A stretch of 64,000 nt of DNA from Eubacteriales bacterium (GTDB lineage: Bacteria > Bacillota > Clostridia > Oscillospirales > CAG-272). The stretch lies in NCBI GenBank assembly GCA_045531455.1, contig JAZSEA010000101.1, positions 644 to 64,643 of the forward strand, read 5' to 3'. This document shows, one piece after another, positions 27,938 to 37,056 of this stretch (the first letter of the stretch is position 1; each line of letters starts with the position of its first letter). The notes under the pieces are model-generated. The model ran no database searches, had not been told where the DNA came from, and saw only the letters and a list, made by a program, of their open reading frames with translations. A program made the translations under genes and the position numbers.

Positions 27938-28858
27938 ATGGGCTTCAACCTTCTTTCGCTGATAATGAGCTATCCCTTGTGGACTCTGCTCTGTGCCATA
28001 CTCTTTCCCATCATCGCGGCAATAGCAACTTTTGTCTGTCTAAGACGGGCTAAACTGCACCGCAAGATGCTCGGATTTTTCATAATCATACCGATCCTCG
28101 TCGTGCTTATCGTCGTTTTTCTGAGCGACACGGGAAGCGTTATGACAAATCTGCTCTCCACCCTCGGGATCAAGTATCCCCCGATCGTCGGATTCATTTC
28201 CGCGATCGCGCTCGGGATCCTCTGTCTCAATCTCACCGCGCTTATCTGCGGTGCGGGACTTCTCAAGAAGGGCGGAGCGATCCTCAATACCGCGGCAACT
28301 CTGATCTGTCTTGCCGCGAATATATTCGTCATTTACAGCACCTGGATCGCTTATATCGACTTATCGGAGCTCGGACTGCTCAGATACGACGGCGGTGTGA
28401 TTTACATTAAGGAAGTCCTTCCATTCCTCGATTCGCTCTCCTTCCTTCCCGACTTTATTCTTGAATCGGGTATTGAGCTTCTTTCCCTCGCTGTACTCGT
28501 TATCTACCTTATCGTATATTTCCTTTCCTTCATCGCAGTCAAGTCTCCCGAGCAGCTCGTCAAGGAAGACCTCGAACGCAGACGCCGCGCGGCTCTGATG
28601 AATCACAGCAACAAGAAAAAGAACACGCGACGCGAGCAGGACGATGACGATCAGCCCGATTGCTGTGCCTGCTGTGAGCACGCTACTCTTCTCAAGGGTG
28701 ACCGCCTGCATATGGTATGCGATATGAAAGGCGTCGTTTCCTCCTCGCACGTATGCCGCAAATTCCTCTACGACCCACTAAAGAGAAACGCCTCGCGTCC
28801 TCTGATCAATCCGCTCTCGGATAGCCTCGGCGACCTCAGCGGTGAGGATCATATCTGA
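27938..28858 (+). CDS. polytopic membrane protein with a Cys/His-rich C-terminal domain
   Basis: ATG at 27938, 7 nt after GGAG (ORF track 27851). About 6 TM segments, a K/R/D-rich linker, then DCCACCEH...HMVCD...HVCRKFLYDPLKR. No family recognised. Confidence 0.55.
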   Translation: MGFNLLSLIMSYPLWTLLCAILFPIIAAIATFVCLRRAKLHRKMLGFFIIIPILVVLIVVFLSDTGSVMTNLLSTLGIKYPPIVGFISAIALGILCLNLTALICGAGLLKKGGAILNTAATLICLAANIFVIYSTWIAYIDLSELGLLRYDGGVIYIKEVLPFLDSLSFLPDFILESGIELLSLAVLVIYLIVYFLSFIAVKSPEQLVKEDLERRRRAALMNHSNKKKNTRREQDDDDQPDCCACCEHATLLKGDRLHMVCDMKGVVSSSHVCRKFLYDPLKRNASRPLINPLSDSLGDLSGEDHI

Positions 28859-28870
28859 TCGACCGAATTA

Positions 28871-28904
28871 ATCTCCCGACAGATCTGTCGGGAGATTTTT
28901 GTTT
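28871..28904 (+). terminator. intrinsic terminator
   Basis: ATCTCCCGACAG / CTGTCGGGAGAT palindrome followed by TTTTTGTTT. Starts 13 nt after the stop at 28858. Confidence 0.8.
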
Positions 28905-28971
28905 CTATGGAAAATATTGTGATTTCAGCGGAAAATCTGCAAAAAATGCGACTGCTTTTTTGCCGAACTTC

Positions 28972-29000
28972 TTGACAATTCCGCTTAAATATGATATTAT
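28972..29000 (+). promoter_or_regulatory. sigma-A type promoter of the LRR-SPFH-ATPase operon
   Basis: TTGACA, 17 nt, TGaTATTAT (extended -10). Lies 40 nt upstream of the ATG at 29040. Confidence 0.6.
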
Positions 29001-29039
29001 AAATTGATTAATTATAATATATCTCCGAAAGGAACCAAA

Positions 29040-29945
29040 ATGAAACACAGCAAACTCATACGAGCGGCGGCTCTCATCATGCTCCTTTGCATGACTCTGC
29101 CCGCTCTCGTTTCCTGCAACAGCTTTTCGAATACCGAATACGCCGTTGTCAGCGAGGGAATTATTTCCGCAGACGGATTCATCTACGATAAATACGAAAA
29201 TTCGACCGTAAGGATCACGGGGATCGAGAATATGCCTCTCCTTCTGAAGATCCCTGCCGAGATAGACGGTATGCCCGTGGTCGAGCTGTACGAATCTGCT
29301 TTTGCAGACGACGGCACTCTTCTCTACCTTGAGTTGCCGACCGACACCAATATCAAGCTCGGCAAGCGCGTCTTTTCGGGTTGCACCTCGCTCGTCACGG
29401 TCAATCTTGCGGGCTCGGTTTCGTCGATCCCTCTCGGCGCATTTGAGGATTGCAGAAATCTTACAACCATCGAGGGGCTTTCCGCCGTTACCGAGATCGC
29501 AGATCAAGCCTTTGCGAGCTGTTCTGCTCTGGCTTACATAAAGATCCCCGAGGGCCTTACCTCTCTCGGTGCAGAGGCTTTCAGAGGCTGCACGTCTCTC
29601 CACTCGGTCACTCTTCCCGAAACACTTGCCTATCTCGGCGAGTCGGTCTTCTGGGGATGCGAAAGCCTTGCTAAAGCCGAGGTGAACGGCAGCTGTGAGC
29701 TTCCGAAATACGCATTTCTCAACTGCACGATGCTTGCCGATATTTCTATCGGCGACAACGTAACCGCTATCGGCGAGGAAGCGTTCCGCGGTTGTATCTC
29801 GCTTTACAGCGTAAAGATCGGCAAGGGCGTTACAAATATCGGAAGCTACGCCTTCCACGCCTGCGATGCGCTGACCGAGACGGTCTTCACAGGCAAGCGC
29901 GAAAATATCACGATAGGCGAGGGCAACGAAGCCCTCGGAAGCTGA
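29040..29945 (+). CDS. BspA-type leucine-rich-repeat (LRR_5) lipoprotein
   Basis: MKHSKLIRAAALIMLLCMTLPALVSC lipobox. Repeating ~23-aa units with F.GC.SL..V.LP. The ORF track start at 29004 lacks an RBS. Confidence 0.75.
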   Translation: MKHSKLIRAAALIMLLCMTLPALVSCNSFSNTEYAVVSEGIISADGFIYDKYENSTVRITGIENMPLLLKIPAEIDGMPVVELYESAFADDGTLLYLELPTDTNIKLGKRVFSGCTSLVTVNLAGSVSSIPLGAFEDCRNLTTIEGLSAVTEIADQAFASCSALAYIKIPEGLTSLGAEAFRGCTSLHSVTLPETLAYLGESVFWGCESLAKAEVNGSCELPKYAFLNCTMLADISIGDNVTAIGEEAFRGCISLYSVKIGKGVTNIGSYAFHACDALTETVFTGKRENITIGEGNEALGS

Positions 29946-29956
29946 GGAGGTCAAAA

Positions 29957-30985
29957 ATGAAGATTAGAATAATTACTCTCATTTCCGCTCTCCTTTGCCT
30001 GACCCTCGCGTTTACTTCCTGCGGAAAGCAATCAACCGATAACTTCAAGCCCGAAAGCTTTGAATTCACCGCAAGGACCTCGACCGCCGAGACCGCATCC
30101 GAAAACGGATTCGTTTACGCAGTTCTGAGCGACGGAAGCGTAATGATCACCGAGGCTTATGCAAGCGGAAACGTCGAAATCCCCTCTTCTCTCGGAGGCA
30201 GAAAGGTCACCGCCATCGGCGAGGGTGCCTTCTTCGGCATTGCGGGTATCACATCTGTCACGATCCCCGAGGGAATCGAGTCGATCGGTATTTACGCCTT
30301 TTCCGACTGCACCTCGCTCGAATCGGTCACCTTCCCGTCGTCCCTTTGGAGGATCGCGCCCTTTGCATTCGACAACACCCCATGGCTTGCGGCGCAGACC
30401 GATGAATTCGTCACGGTTGGCGACGGAGTTCTCATAGCCTACAACGGCACGAGCCGCGCTCTCACTCTCCCCGACAGTGTACGCCATCTCGGCGGTGCTC
30501 TGGCCGGCCGCGAGGATCTCTATTCGCTGACGCTCGGGAAAGGAGTGCTTTCGATCTCGGATATGGCGCTTTCCTTCTGTCCCAATCTTACCTCGATCGA
30601 CTTCGGTCTTTCGCTCGTATACGTAGGAGAGCAGGCGTTTTCGGGCTCCGAGTGCATTACGTCACTCATCTTCCCCGACACACTTCGCTACCTCGGATAC
30701 CAGGCTTGTCTCAACTGCTACGGCATCAAATACGTTTATCTTGGTAAGAGCCTTACCGAGCTCGGCGACAACGCTTTTGAATACTGCCAGGCAATGCGAG
30801 TTGTCTACGTACCCAAAACATTAACGTCCCTAAAGTCTTCCGATTTCACCGACTGTATGTCGCTCGGGCTTATGCTCTACGGCGGCAGTGAGGAGGAATT
30901 CGAGGCTATCTCAACCAACGACAATATACTGAGCTTCAATAATCTGAACAAGGTATTCAACTACTCGGGAGGAGCAAATGAATAA
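29957..30985 (+). CDS. BspA-type leucine-rich-repeat (LRR_5) lipoprotein, second copy
   Basis: MKIRIITLISALLCLTLAFTSC lipobox, 6 nt after GAGGAGG. Same repeat type (AF..C.SL.SV.FP). The ORF track start at 29792 is read-through from the upstream gene. Confidence 0.75.
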   Translation: MKIRIITLISALLCLTLAFTSCGKQSTDNFKPESFEFTARTSTAETASENGFVYAVLSDGSVMITEAYASGNVEIPSSLGGRKVTAIGEGAFFGIAGITSVTIPEGIESIGIYAFSDCTSLESVTFPSSLWRIAPFAFDNTPWLAAQTDEFVTVGDGVLIAYNGTSRALTLPDSVRHLGGALAGREDLYSLTLGKGVLSISDMALSFCPNLTSIDFGLSLVYVGEQAFSGSECITSLIFPDTLRYLGYQACLNCYGIKYVYLGKSLTELGDNAFEYCQAMRVVYVPKTLTSLKSSDFTDCMSLGLMLYGGSEEEFEAISTNDNILSFNNLNKVFNYSGGANE

Positions 30986-32756
30986 GAAAAAAATACGCTC
31001 ACTGATCCCGCCGATCATATCGCTTTTAGCTTCGATCGCGGCGGGAATGGGAATGGTCTATCTCTACACGCCGACAAGATTTCTCCCCTTCTATCTTCTC
31101 GGTCTTTTGATCCTTCTGCCGTCTCTTGTCAATCTCACGCTGTTTGTGTTCAAGATCCCGACAAAGGCAAAGGAAAAGGCGATCGAAGAAGTTTCCGTCA
31201 CCACAGAAACAGAGGAAAAGCCGAAAAAGATCAAAAAGATCCTTCGGGCAGTCGCAAAGCCCTTCGTGATCGCTTGGAAATTCATCCGAAGCAGGATCGA
31301 CGCACCGAAGGTGGTCAAGTACCTCGCCTTCATATCTGCGGCACTCGTATTCGCGGCTGTACAGTATCTCTTCGCTATCTCGCTCAAGGCGGCGACCTCG
31401 CTCTACGTAGTCAACTACGCCTACGCCGTGCTTCTCATCGCGGTCTTCCTTGTGTTCATCATCCTTGACAAATGGATACTTCATAGCGAGAATGCGGATG
31501 AGTATGCCTCGGCACTCGGATGCAACATCCGCTCGATCCTCGCTGTTGCGCGACTTGCGCTGATTCTCATCATCCCCTCGATATTCATCAAGCTTCTCGG
31601 ACTTTACGAGCTGCAGAAATACGTCGTCATCGCAATGGCGGTGATCTTCTATTGGTCCTCTCTCTTCACCCTCCTCTCCTACCTTGCGAGAGCGGTAAGA
31701 CAAGAGCTTGCAAGTGCACCCGATATCCGCATCCCGACTCCCTTCTCGGGCGGAAGCGGACGTGATATGGGCGTTATCTCCTACCTCGAGGAAAACACGG
31801 GAATCACGATGCGCGGACTCTGGAGCGTTAAGCTGATCAGAAAGCTGATAGCTCCCTCACTTGTCGCGGTATTCCTTATGCTCTGGATCTCGACGGGAAT
31901 CGTTGAGATCGGCTCGGGACAGCGCGGAGCTCTCTACAATCTCGGTAAGCTTCACGACAAGCCCCTCGAGCCGGGTATCCACCTGACACTTCCCTGGCCC
32001 TTCGGCAAGACGGTTATTTACAACACCGATGCGGTATCTTCAATGACCATCGGCTACCGCTCAGACACCTCGGGCGATAACGTATGGACTCAGAGCCACG
32101 GCTCGGAGGAATACGAGCTTCTGCTCGGCGGAGGCGAGGAGCTCGTCTCTATCAATCTCTGCATCGAATACAAGATAAGCGACCTCAATGCATACCTGCT
32201 CAACTGCGCAAATCCCGAGGCGATCCTCGAGGCGAGCGCATACGAGCTTGTTGCCGATAAAACCATTGTAACCGACCTCAATACTCTCCTTTCTGTCGAC
32301 CGCGAGGAATTCGCCGCAGACTTTATGACCGATCTCACCGAAAAGATCAGCGTCAGAAACACGGGACTCGAGATCGTAAGCGTTGTTCTTGAAAGTATCC
32401 ATCCTCCGCTCGGGATCGCAGATATCTATCAGCGTCTCGTAAGCGCGGAGATCGAGGCAACGACCCGCATTATGTATGCCGAAGCGGCGGCAACCGTCCG
32501 CATCCTTGAAGCGGAAACCTCCTACAACTCGACAGTATCCTATGCTAAGGCTGAACAGCTTTCAAAGATCGCATCTGCTCAGGCTGAGGTTGCGGAATTT
32601 ATGGCAAGCGTTGCCGCAGATACCGAATACAGAGACGCTTACAGATACTATAAGTACCTGAGCGCAGTCAAGAACGCATACGGAAACGCAAATATCATTA
32701 TAGTTGACGAGGACGTCGATCAGTCCCGCCTCTATTTTGGCTCAATCAACAAATAA
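30978..32756 (+). CDS. SPFH/Band-7 (HflK-like) protein with a ~300-aa polytopic N-terminal module
   Basis: 592 aa. About 7 hydrophobic segments in residues 10-310, then an SPFH core (GQRGALYNLGKLHDKPLEPGIHLTLPWPFGK) and an A/E-rich coiled coil. The start overlaps the LRR gene stop by 8 nt. Confidence 0.7.
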   Translation: MNKKKIRSLIPPIISLLASIAAGMGMVYLYTPTRFLPFYLLGLLILLPSLVNLTLFVFKIPTKAKEKAIEEVSVTTETEEKPKKIKKILRAVAKPFVIAWKFIRSRIDAPKVVKYLAFISAALVFAAVQYLFAISLKAATSLYVVNYAYAVLLIAVFLVFIILDKWILHSENADEYASALGCNIRSILAVARLALILIIPSIFIKLLGLYELQKYVVIAMAVIFYWSSLFTLLSYLARAVRQELASAPDIRIPTPFSGGSGRDMGVISYLEENTGITMRGLWSVKLIRKLIAPSLVAVFLMLWISTGIVEIGSGQRGALYNLGKLHDKPLEPGIHLTLPWPFGKTVIYNTDAVSSMTIGYRSDTSGDNVWTQSHGSEEYELLLGGGEELVSINLCIEYKISDLNAYLLNCANPEAILEASAYELVADKTIVTDLNTLLSVDREEFAADFMTDLTEKISVRNTGLEIVSVVLESIHPPLGIADIYQRLVSAEIEATTRIMYAEAAATVRILEAETSYNSTVSYAKAEQLSKIASAQAEVAEFMASVAADTEYRDAYRYYKYLSAVKNAYGNANIIIVDEDVDQSRLYFGSINK

Positions 32757-32771
32757 GACAGGGTGATAATC

Positions 32772-33866
32772 ATGAAAAAGAATAAAAAGATCACAGAAAA
32801 CGAAGGCGCATCCATCTCCCGCGAACCCCGCGAGAAGAGCAGCATCGGTATGCGCTTTCTGAAGATATTCGTAGCACTTATCATGGTCGTTGCGATCGCG
32901 TACTTCGGCTTTATGTTCGAGGTCCGCGAGGGCAGCTGTGCCGTCGTCCTTCGCTTCGGAGCTCCCCGCGCCGAGATCACGGAGTCGGGTCTCTATTTCC
33001 GTCTCCCCTGGCCCTTCGAGAACGTAGTTCAGTACGAAAACAGAATGCAGTACCTCGAGTCGAACGCGCAGGAGACCGTAACCAAGGACAAGAGAAATAT
33101 CATCCTCTCCTCCTACGTTGTATGGCAGGTTTCGGATCCCCTCCTCTTCCACAACAGCGTCGGCGCATACGGAAGCACCGAGACCTATATCGATCAGCAG
33201 GTACGAAGCGCAACGCAGAGTACTATGGGTACTTATGACCTGACCGAGCTCGTCTCCCTTGACAGCGAGACGATCAAGACCGAAGAGATCCAGCAGAGGA
33301 TCTTCGAGAAGGTCAAGGAGAACTGCGAAAAGAACTACGGCGTTTCCATCATTGACGTAAGCATTCTCCGCCTCAGCCTCCCCGATATCAACCTCCAGAG
33401 CGTATTCGATCAGATGCGTCAGGACAGACAGACCGACATCGACACCATCCTCGCTAACGCCGAAAAGGAAGCAAGCAAGATCACTTCCGCAGCTGAAGAA
33501 GAGGCTGAAGCAATCATCGCAAAGGGCACCAATGAGGCATCCACCATCAAGGCTGAGACCGAAAAGGCTGTTTCCGAGATCTACGCGCAGGCGCAGGAGG
33601 CAAACATAGAGCTCTTCACCTTCCTAAAGAGCCTTGATACTCTTGCTGCATCCGTAAACTCCAATACCGTGCTCATTCTCAGCACGGACGACTATCCCTT
33701 CAATGCTCTCAAGGATTACTCCGATATGCTCACGACCGAGGGCGACAAAACGATCGTACAGGATCTTTCCTACATCCTCTCACAGCTGAACGAGACCGAC
33801 AGAAACGCCCTCATTGCAGAGATCGGCGCACTTCTCGAGGCTGCCTCCAAGGGTAACGCACAATGA
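32772..33866 (+). CDS. SPFH/Band-7 protein, HflC-like
   Basis: One N-terminal TM segment, then FEVREGSCAVVLRFG...GLYFRLPWPFENV and an A/E-rich coiled coil. ATG at 32772; an alternative GTG lies at 32763. Confidence 0.75.
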   Translation: MKKNKKITENEGASISREPREKSSIGMRFLKIFVALIMVVAIAYFGFMFEVREGSCAVVLRFGAPRAEITESGLYFRLPWPFENVVQYENRMQYLESNAQETVTKDKRNIILSSYVVWQVSDPLLFHNSVGAYGSTETYIDQQVRSATQSTMGTYDLTELVSLDSETIKTEEIQQRIFEKVKENCEKNYGVSIIDVSILRLSLPDINLQSVFDQMRQDRQTDIDTILANAEKEASKITSAAEEEAEAIIAKGTNEASTIKAETEKAVSEIYAQAQEANIELFTFLKSLDTLAASVNSNTVLILSTDDYPFNALKDYSDMLTTEGDKTIVQDLSYILSQLNETDRNALIAEIGALLEAASKGNAQ

Positions 33867-34801
33867 AAAAGAACCTTTTATTTGAAGATATCTTAAGGAC
33901 GGTCTCGCGCTATTTTGTCGTAATAATCATCGCGGTCGTGCTGATCATCTGCTGCTCGGGAATCAGATTCATCAAGAGCGGCGAATCGGCTGTTATCCTC
34001 CGCTTTGGCAAGATAGTCGGCGACACCCCCGAGGAGCAGGTCCACGATGCCGGCATCCTCTTCGCATTCCCATACATCATAGACGAGGTCATCACGATCC
34101 CCACGGGAAGTGTGCAGGAATTCACCGTCAATACTCATTACACCGACGGAGAGATGACCACCTACGACAGAAACGGTTACGTCATTACGGGCGATAACAA
34201 TATCGCGATCCTCTCGGCTTCGGTCAAATACACGATCTCGGATCCCGTTGCATACGCCCTCTCGGTAAAGGATCCGCAGTACATCATCAACGCCGTTGTC
34301 AGCAATGCGATGATCAACGTTGCGGCAAACTACGCCGTTGACGATATTCTCACCACGGGCAAAGACGAGTACACCAAGACTGTCCACGCGCTCTCGCAGG
34401 AAAAGCTTGATGCCAACGGTATCGGAGTTACGCTCAGCCACTTCGAGCTGACCCGAGTCGGTATGCCCGAGGAGGTCCGCGACATCTACGAGCTCGTAAA
34501 CTCGACCAATATTCAGGCAAGCACCAGAATCGAGCAGGCGCGTCAGTATTACGAGACCCGTATCCCCGGCGCGGAAGCAGAAGCGGCGACTCTCGTCTCC
34601 GAGGCTCGCGCAAATTATTCGAACTACACCGCCGCGGCTAACTCGGATCTTTATGAGTTCTACGGCGTTCTCGAGGAATACAACGCAAATCCCGAAGTTG
34701 TCCGCGTCCGTCTCTACAACACCGCAATCACAAACATTATCCGTCAGATTGGAAAGGTCATGGTCGTTGACGATTCCGATTCCAAGATAATCATCGACTA
34801 A
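33863..34801 (+). CDS. SPFH/Band-7 protein, HflK-like
   Basis: One N-terminal TM segment, then IKSGESAVILRFGKIV...GILFAFPYIIDEV. ATGA overlap with the upstream gene. Confidence 0.7.
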   Translation: MKKNLLFEDILRTVSRYFVVIIIAVVLIICCSGIRFIKSGESAVILRFGKIVGDTPEEQVHDAGILFAFPYIIDEVITIPTGSVQEFTVNTHYTDGEMTTYDRNGYVITGDNNIAILSASVKYTISDPVAYALSVKDPQYIINAVVSNAMINVAANYAVDDILTTGKDEYTKTVHALSQEKLDANGIGVTLSHFELTRVGMPEEVRDIYELVNSTNIQASTRIEQARQYYETRIPGAEAEAATLVSEARANYSNYTAAANSDLYEFYGVLEEYNANPEVVRVRLYNTAITNIIRQIGKVMVVDDSDSKIIID

Positions 34802-34813
34802 TCGGAGGCTCAT

Positions 34814-36715
34814 ATGGAAAATATAGATAATATTGCAAAAAAGAGCCTTGAAGCCCTCGCAAAGGACAATCTGAACGAGAAAAACAAGCGGAGCCTTACG
34901 GTCAATCTGCTGAGTGCCGCCGCATCTCTCGTTTGCATCGCGGTCGGTCTTATCTACAGCTGGGTATTCCCCGACAAAACCACCGTCCCCGCGCTTCTCT
35001 ACACCGTCGGATTTCTTATCGAAGGCATTCCCGTATTCGTAGCCGCGCTCAAGGGCATCTTTTCGCGCAATTTCACAAACGCGATGGAGATCCTTGTTGC
35101 GATCGCGATCCTCGCCTGCTATCTTTCGGGCGACCTGATCCTCTCGGTCCTCATTCCTCTGATACTCAACATCGCGCATCTGCTCGAGGAGCGAAGCATT
35201 ATGGGCGGACGCGAGGCTATCGACGGTCTCAAGAGAATGAGACAGGACACCGCAGTTCTGCTCGACGGCGAGGAGGAAAAGACGGTTGAAGCGTCTTCTC
35301 TCGAGGTTGGTCAGATCATCGTTGTAAAGCCCGGATCGGGTATTCCGATCGACGGTAAGGTCATTTCGGGTGAGACGAACGTTGACCAGAAATCGCTCAC
35401 GGGTGAGCCCCTTCCCGCTCATATCAAGGTTGGCGACAAGGTTTACGCCGGCACGGTCAATATCGACGGACGAATCCTCGTTGAGGTTGAAAAGGCATAC
35501 GTCGACACATCCTTCTCGAACATTCTGACAATGCTCGAGGAAGCGGAAAACATCTCGATCCCCGAATCAAGACTCATCGACCGCTTTATGCGCTACTACA
35601 TTCCCTTTGTGCTTGCACTTGCGGCGGCTGTCGCGCTGATCACAAACGATCTTTCCAAGGCGATCGCGATACTCGTCGTATCCTGTCCCTGCGGACAGAT
35701 GCTCGTAAGCTCCGCGCCGATGATCGCATCGCTCTCGACGGCAACCAAACGCGGAATTCTGATCAAGAACTCGAAGTTCATTGAGGAAATGACCGAGGTC
35801 GAGACCGTTGTGTTCGACAAGACGGGTACTCTGACCGTCGGCGAGCTTTCTCTGACCGATATTCTTCCCGCAGAAGGATACGATGACGATACCCTTCTCT
35901 CGCTTGCCGCTTCTCTTGCCTGCGGCTCGAACCATCCCGTTTCCCGCGCGGTCACCGAGGCTATCGAAGGCAAGGACTACGAGACCCTCGGCGAGGTCAA
36001 GGAGATCCCCGGCAAGGGTATGCAGGGCAAGGATGCCGAGGGCAAGGAGCTTATCCTCGGAAACAAATATTGGTTCGATTCGCTCGGAATCTCCATTCCC
36101 GAAGGCTTCGGAGACGAATTTACCGGCTCTGTGAGCTTCGTTGCTCGCGGCGGCGTACTTATAGGCTGTCTCGGATTCAACGACACAGCGCGCGCTGAGG
36201 CGTCCGAGAGCATCACTTCTCTCAAGGATATGGGAATCAAGAACACCGTCATTCTCACAGGTGACCGCGAGATCGCGGCGCGTAAGATCGCTGCAGAGGT
36301 CGGAGCCGACGACGTCAGATTCCAGCTTCTCCCCCAGGATAAGCTTGAAGCTATCAACGAGCTCCGCGAGTCGAGCTGTGTTCTTGCCGTCGGCGACGGT
36401 ATAAACGATGCTCCCGCGCTTCGTCAGGCAGACGTCGGTATCGCGATGGGCGCAATGGGCTCGGATCTTGCAATCCAGTCGGCGGATATTGCGCTGATGA
36501 ACAACAATCTTGAAAACATCCCCTTCATCATCAAGCTCTCCAAGCAAACGAGAAGGATCATTTATCAGAACCTCATCCTCTCGGTGCTTATCAGCCTTAC
36601 AATGATCGGACTCTCGCTCTTCGGAGTCATCTCCGCACTCTTCGGTGCGGTGTTCCATAACGTCGGCGCATTCGTGGTGCTGATCAACAGCTCGAGGATA
36701 CTTAAGACGAAATAA
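34814..36715 (+). CDS. P1B-type heavy-metal-translocating ATPase without an N-terminal metal-binding domain
   Basis: 633 aa. Motifs TGEP, CPC in SCPCGQ, DKTGTLT, SNHPVS (HP motif) and GDGINDAP. No GMTCxxC/HMA segment before the first TM helix. Confidence 0.88.
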   Translation: MENIDNIAKKSLEALAKDNLNEKNKRSLTVNLLSAAASLVCIAVGLIYSWVFPDKTTVPALLYTVGFLIEGIPVFVAALKGIFSRNFTNAMEILVAIAILACYLSGDLILSVLIPLILNIAHLLEERSIMGGREAIDGLKRMRQDTAVLLDGEEEKTVEASSLEVGQIIVVKPGSGIPIDGKVISGETNVDQKSLTGEPLPAHIKVGDKVYAGTVNIDGRILVEVEKAYVDTSFSNILTMLEEAENISIPESRLIDRFMRYYIPFVLALAAAVALITNDLSKAIAILVVSCPCGQMLVSSAPMIASLSTATKRGILIKNSKFIEEMTEVETVVFDKTGTLTVGELSLTDILPAEGYDDDTLLSLAASLACGSNHPVSRAVTEAIEGKDYETLGEVKEIPGKGMQGKDAEGKELILGNKYWFDSLGISIPEGFGDEFTGSVSFVARGGVLIGCLGFNDTARAEASESITSLKDMGIKNTVILTGDREIAARKIAAEVGADDVRFQLLPQDKLEAINELRESSCVLAVGDGINDAPALRQADVGIAMGAMGSDLAIQSADIALMNNNLENIPFIIKLSKQTRRIIYQNLILSVLISLTMIGLSLFGVISALFGAVFHNVGAFVVLINSSRILKTK

Positions 36716-36730
36716 CAAAATTAAAACAAA

Positions 36731-36758
36731 CAGGATGCCAAATCGGCATCCTGTTTTT
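36731..36758 (+). terminator. intrinsic terminator closing the six-gene operon
   Basis: CAGGATGCC, 5-nt loop, GGCATCCTG, then TTTTTGT. Starts 16 nt after the ATPase stop. Confidence 0.8.
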
Positions 36759-36834
36759 GTATCACTTCGACATCCTTCGCCATATACTTACATTAGAAGA
36801 CAAAAGTCTTCAAAAACAAAGGAGCGGCATAAAA

Positions 36835-37053
36835 ATGAGGTATATTGCGGTTTTTCCGACGCTGACTCTGGCGCAGAAGGCGAGTCGGCTGCTTCGGAAC
36901 GAAAATATTGCGGCTGAGGTCGTGAAGGTTGATTCATCGCGCACGCGGCGAGGTTGCTCTTGGGGAGTTGCATTCAACGAGGAGGCTCTCTTCTCCGTCC
37001 GAATGATCTTTTCCAACAAGTCGATCCCCGAGCGCGAGATAATTAAGGAGTAG
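36835..37053 (+). CDS. DUF3343-like small protein (putative S/Se carrier)
   Basis: 72 aa starting from the ATG 10 nt after AAGGAG. The pattern IAVFPT...A.KA...L....I.A..V.......GCSWGVAF resembles DUF3343. Lies 3 nt upstream of a class-V aminotransferase gene. Confidence 0.5.
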   Translation: MRYIAVFPTLTLAQKASRLLRNENIAAEVVKVDSSRTRRGCSWGVAFNEEALFSVRMIFSNKSIPEREIIKE

Positions 37054-37056
37054 GCT

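Noticed and set aside
28905-29954. 349-aa minus-strand ORF covering the first LRR lipoprotein gene. Also the antisense ORFs at 33893-35422 and 35567-36718 over the SPFH and ATPase genes.
   Set aside because: The plus-strand genes have RBSs, lipoboxes or P-type motifs and operon-like spacing. The antisense ORFs have none of these.
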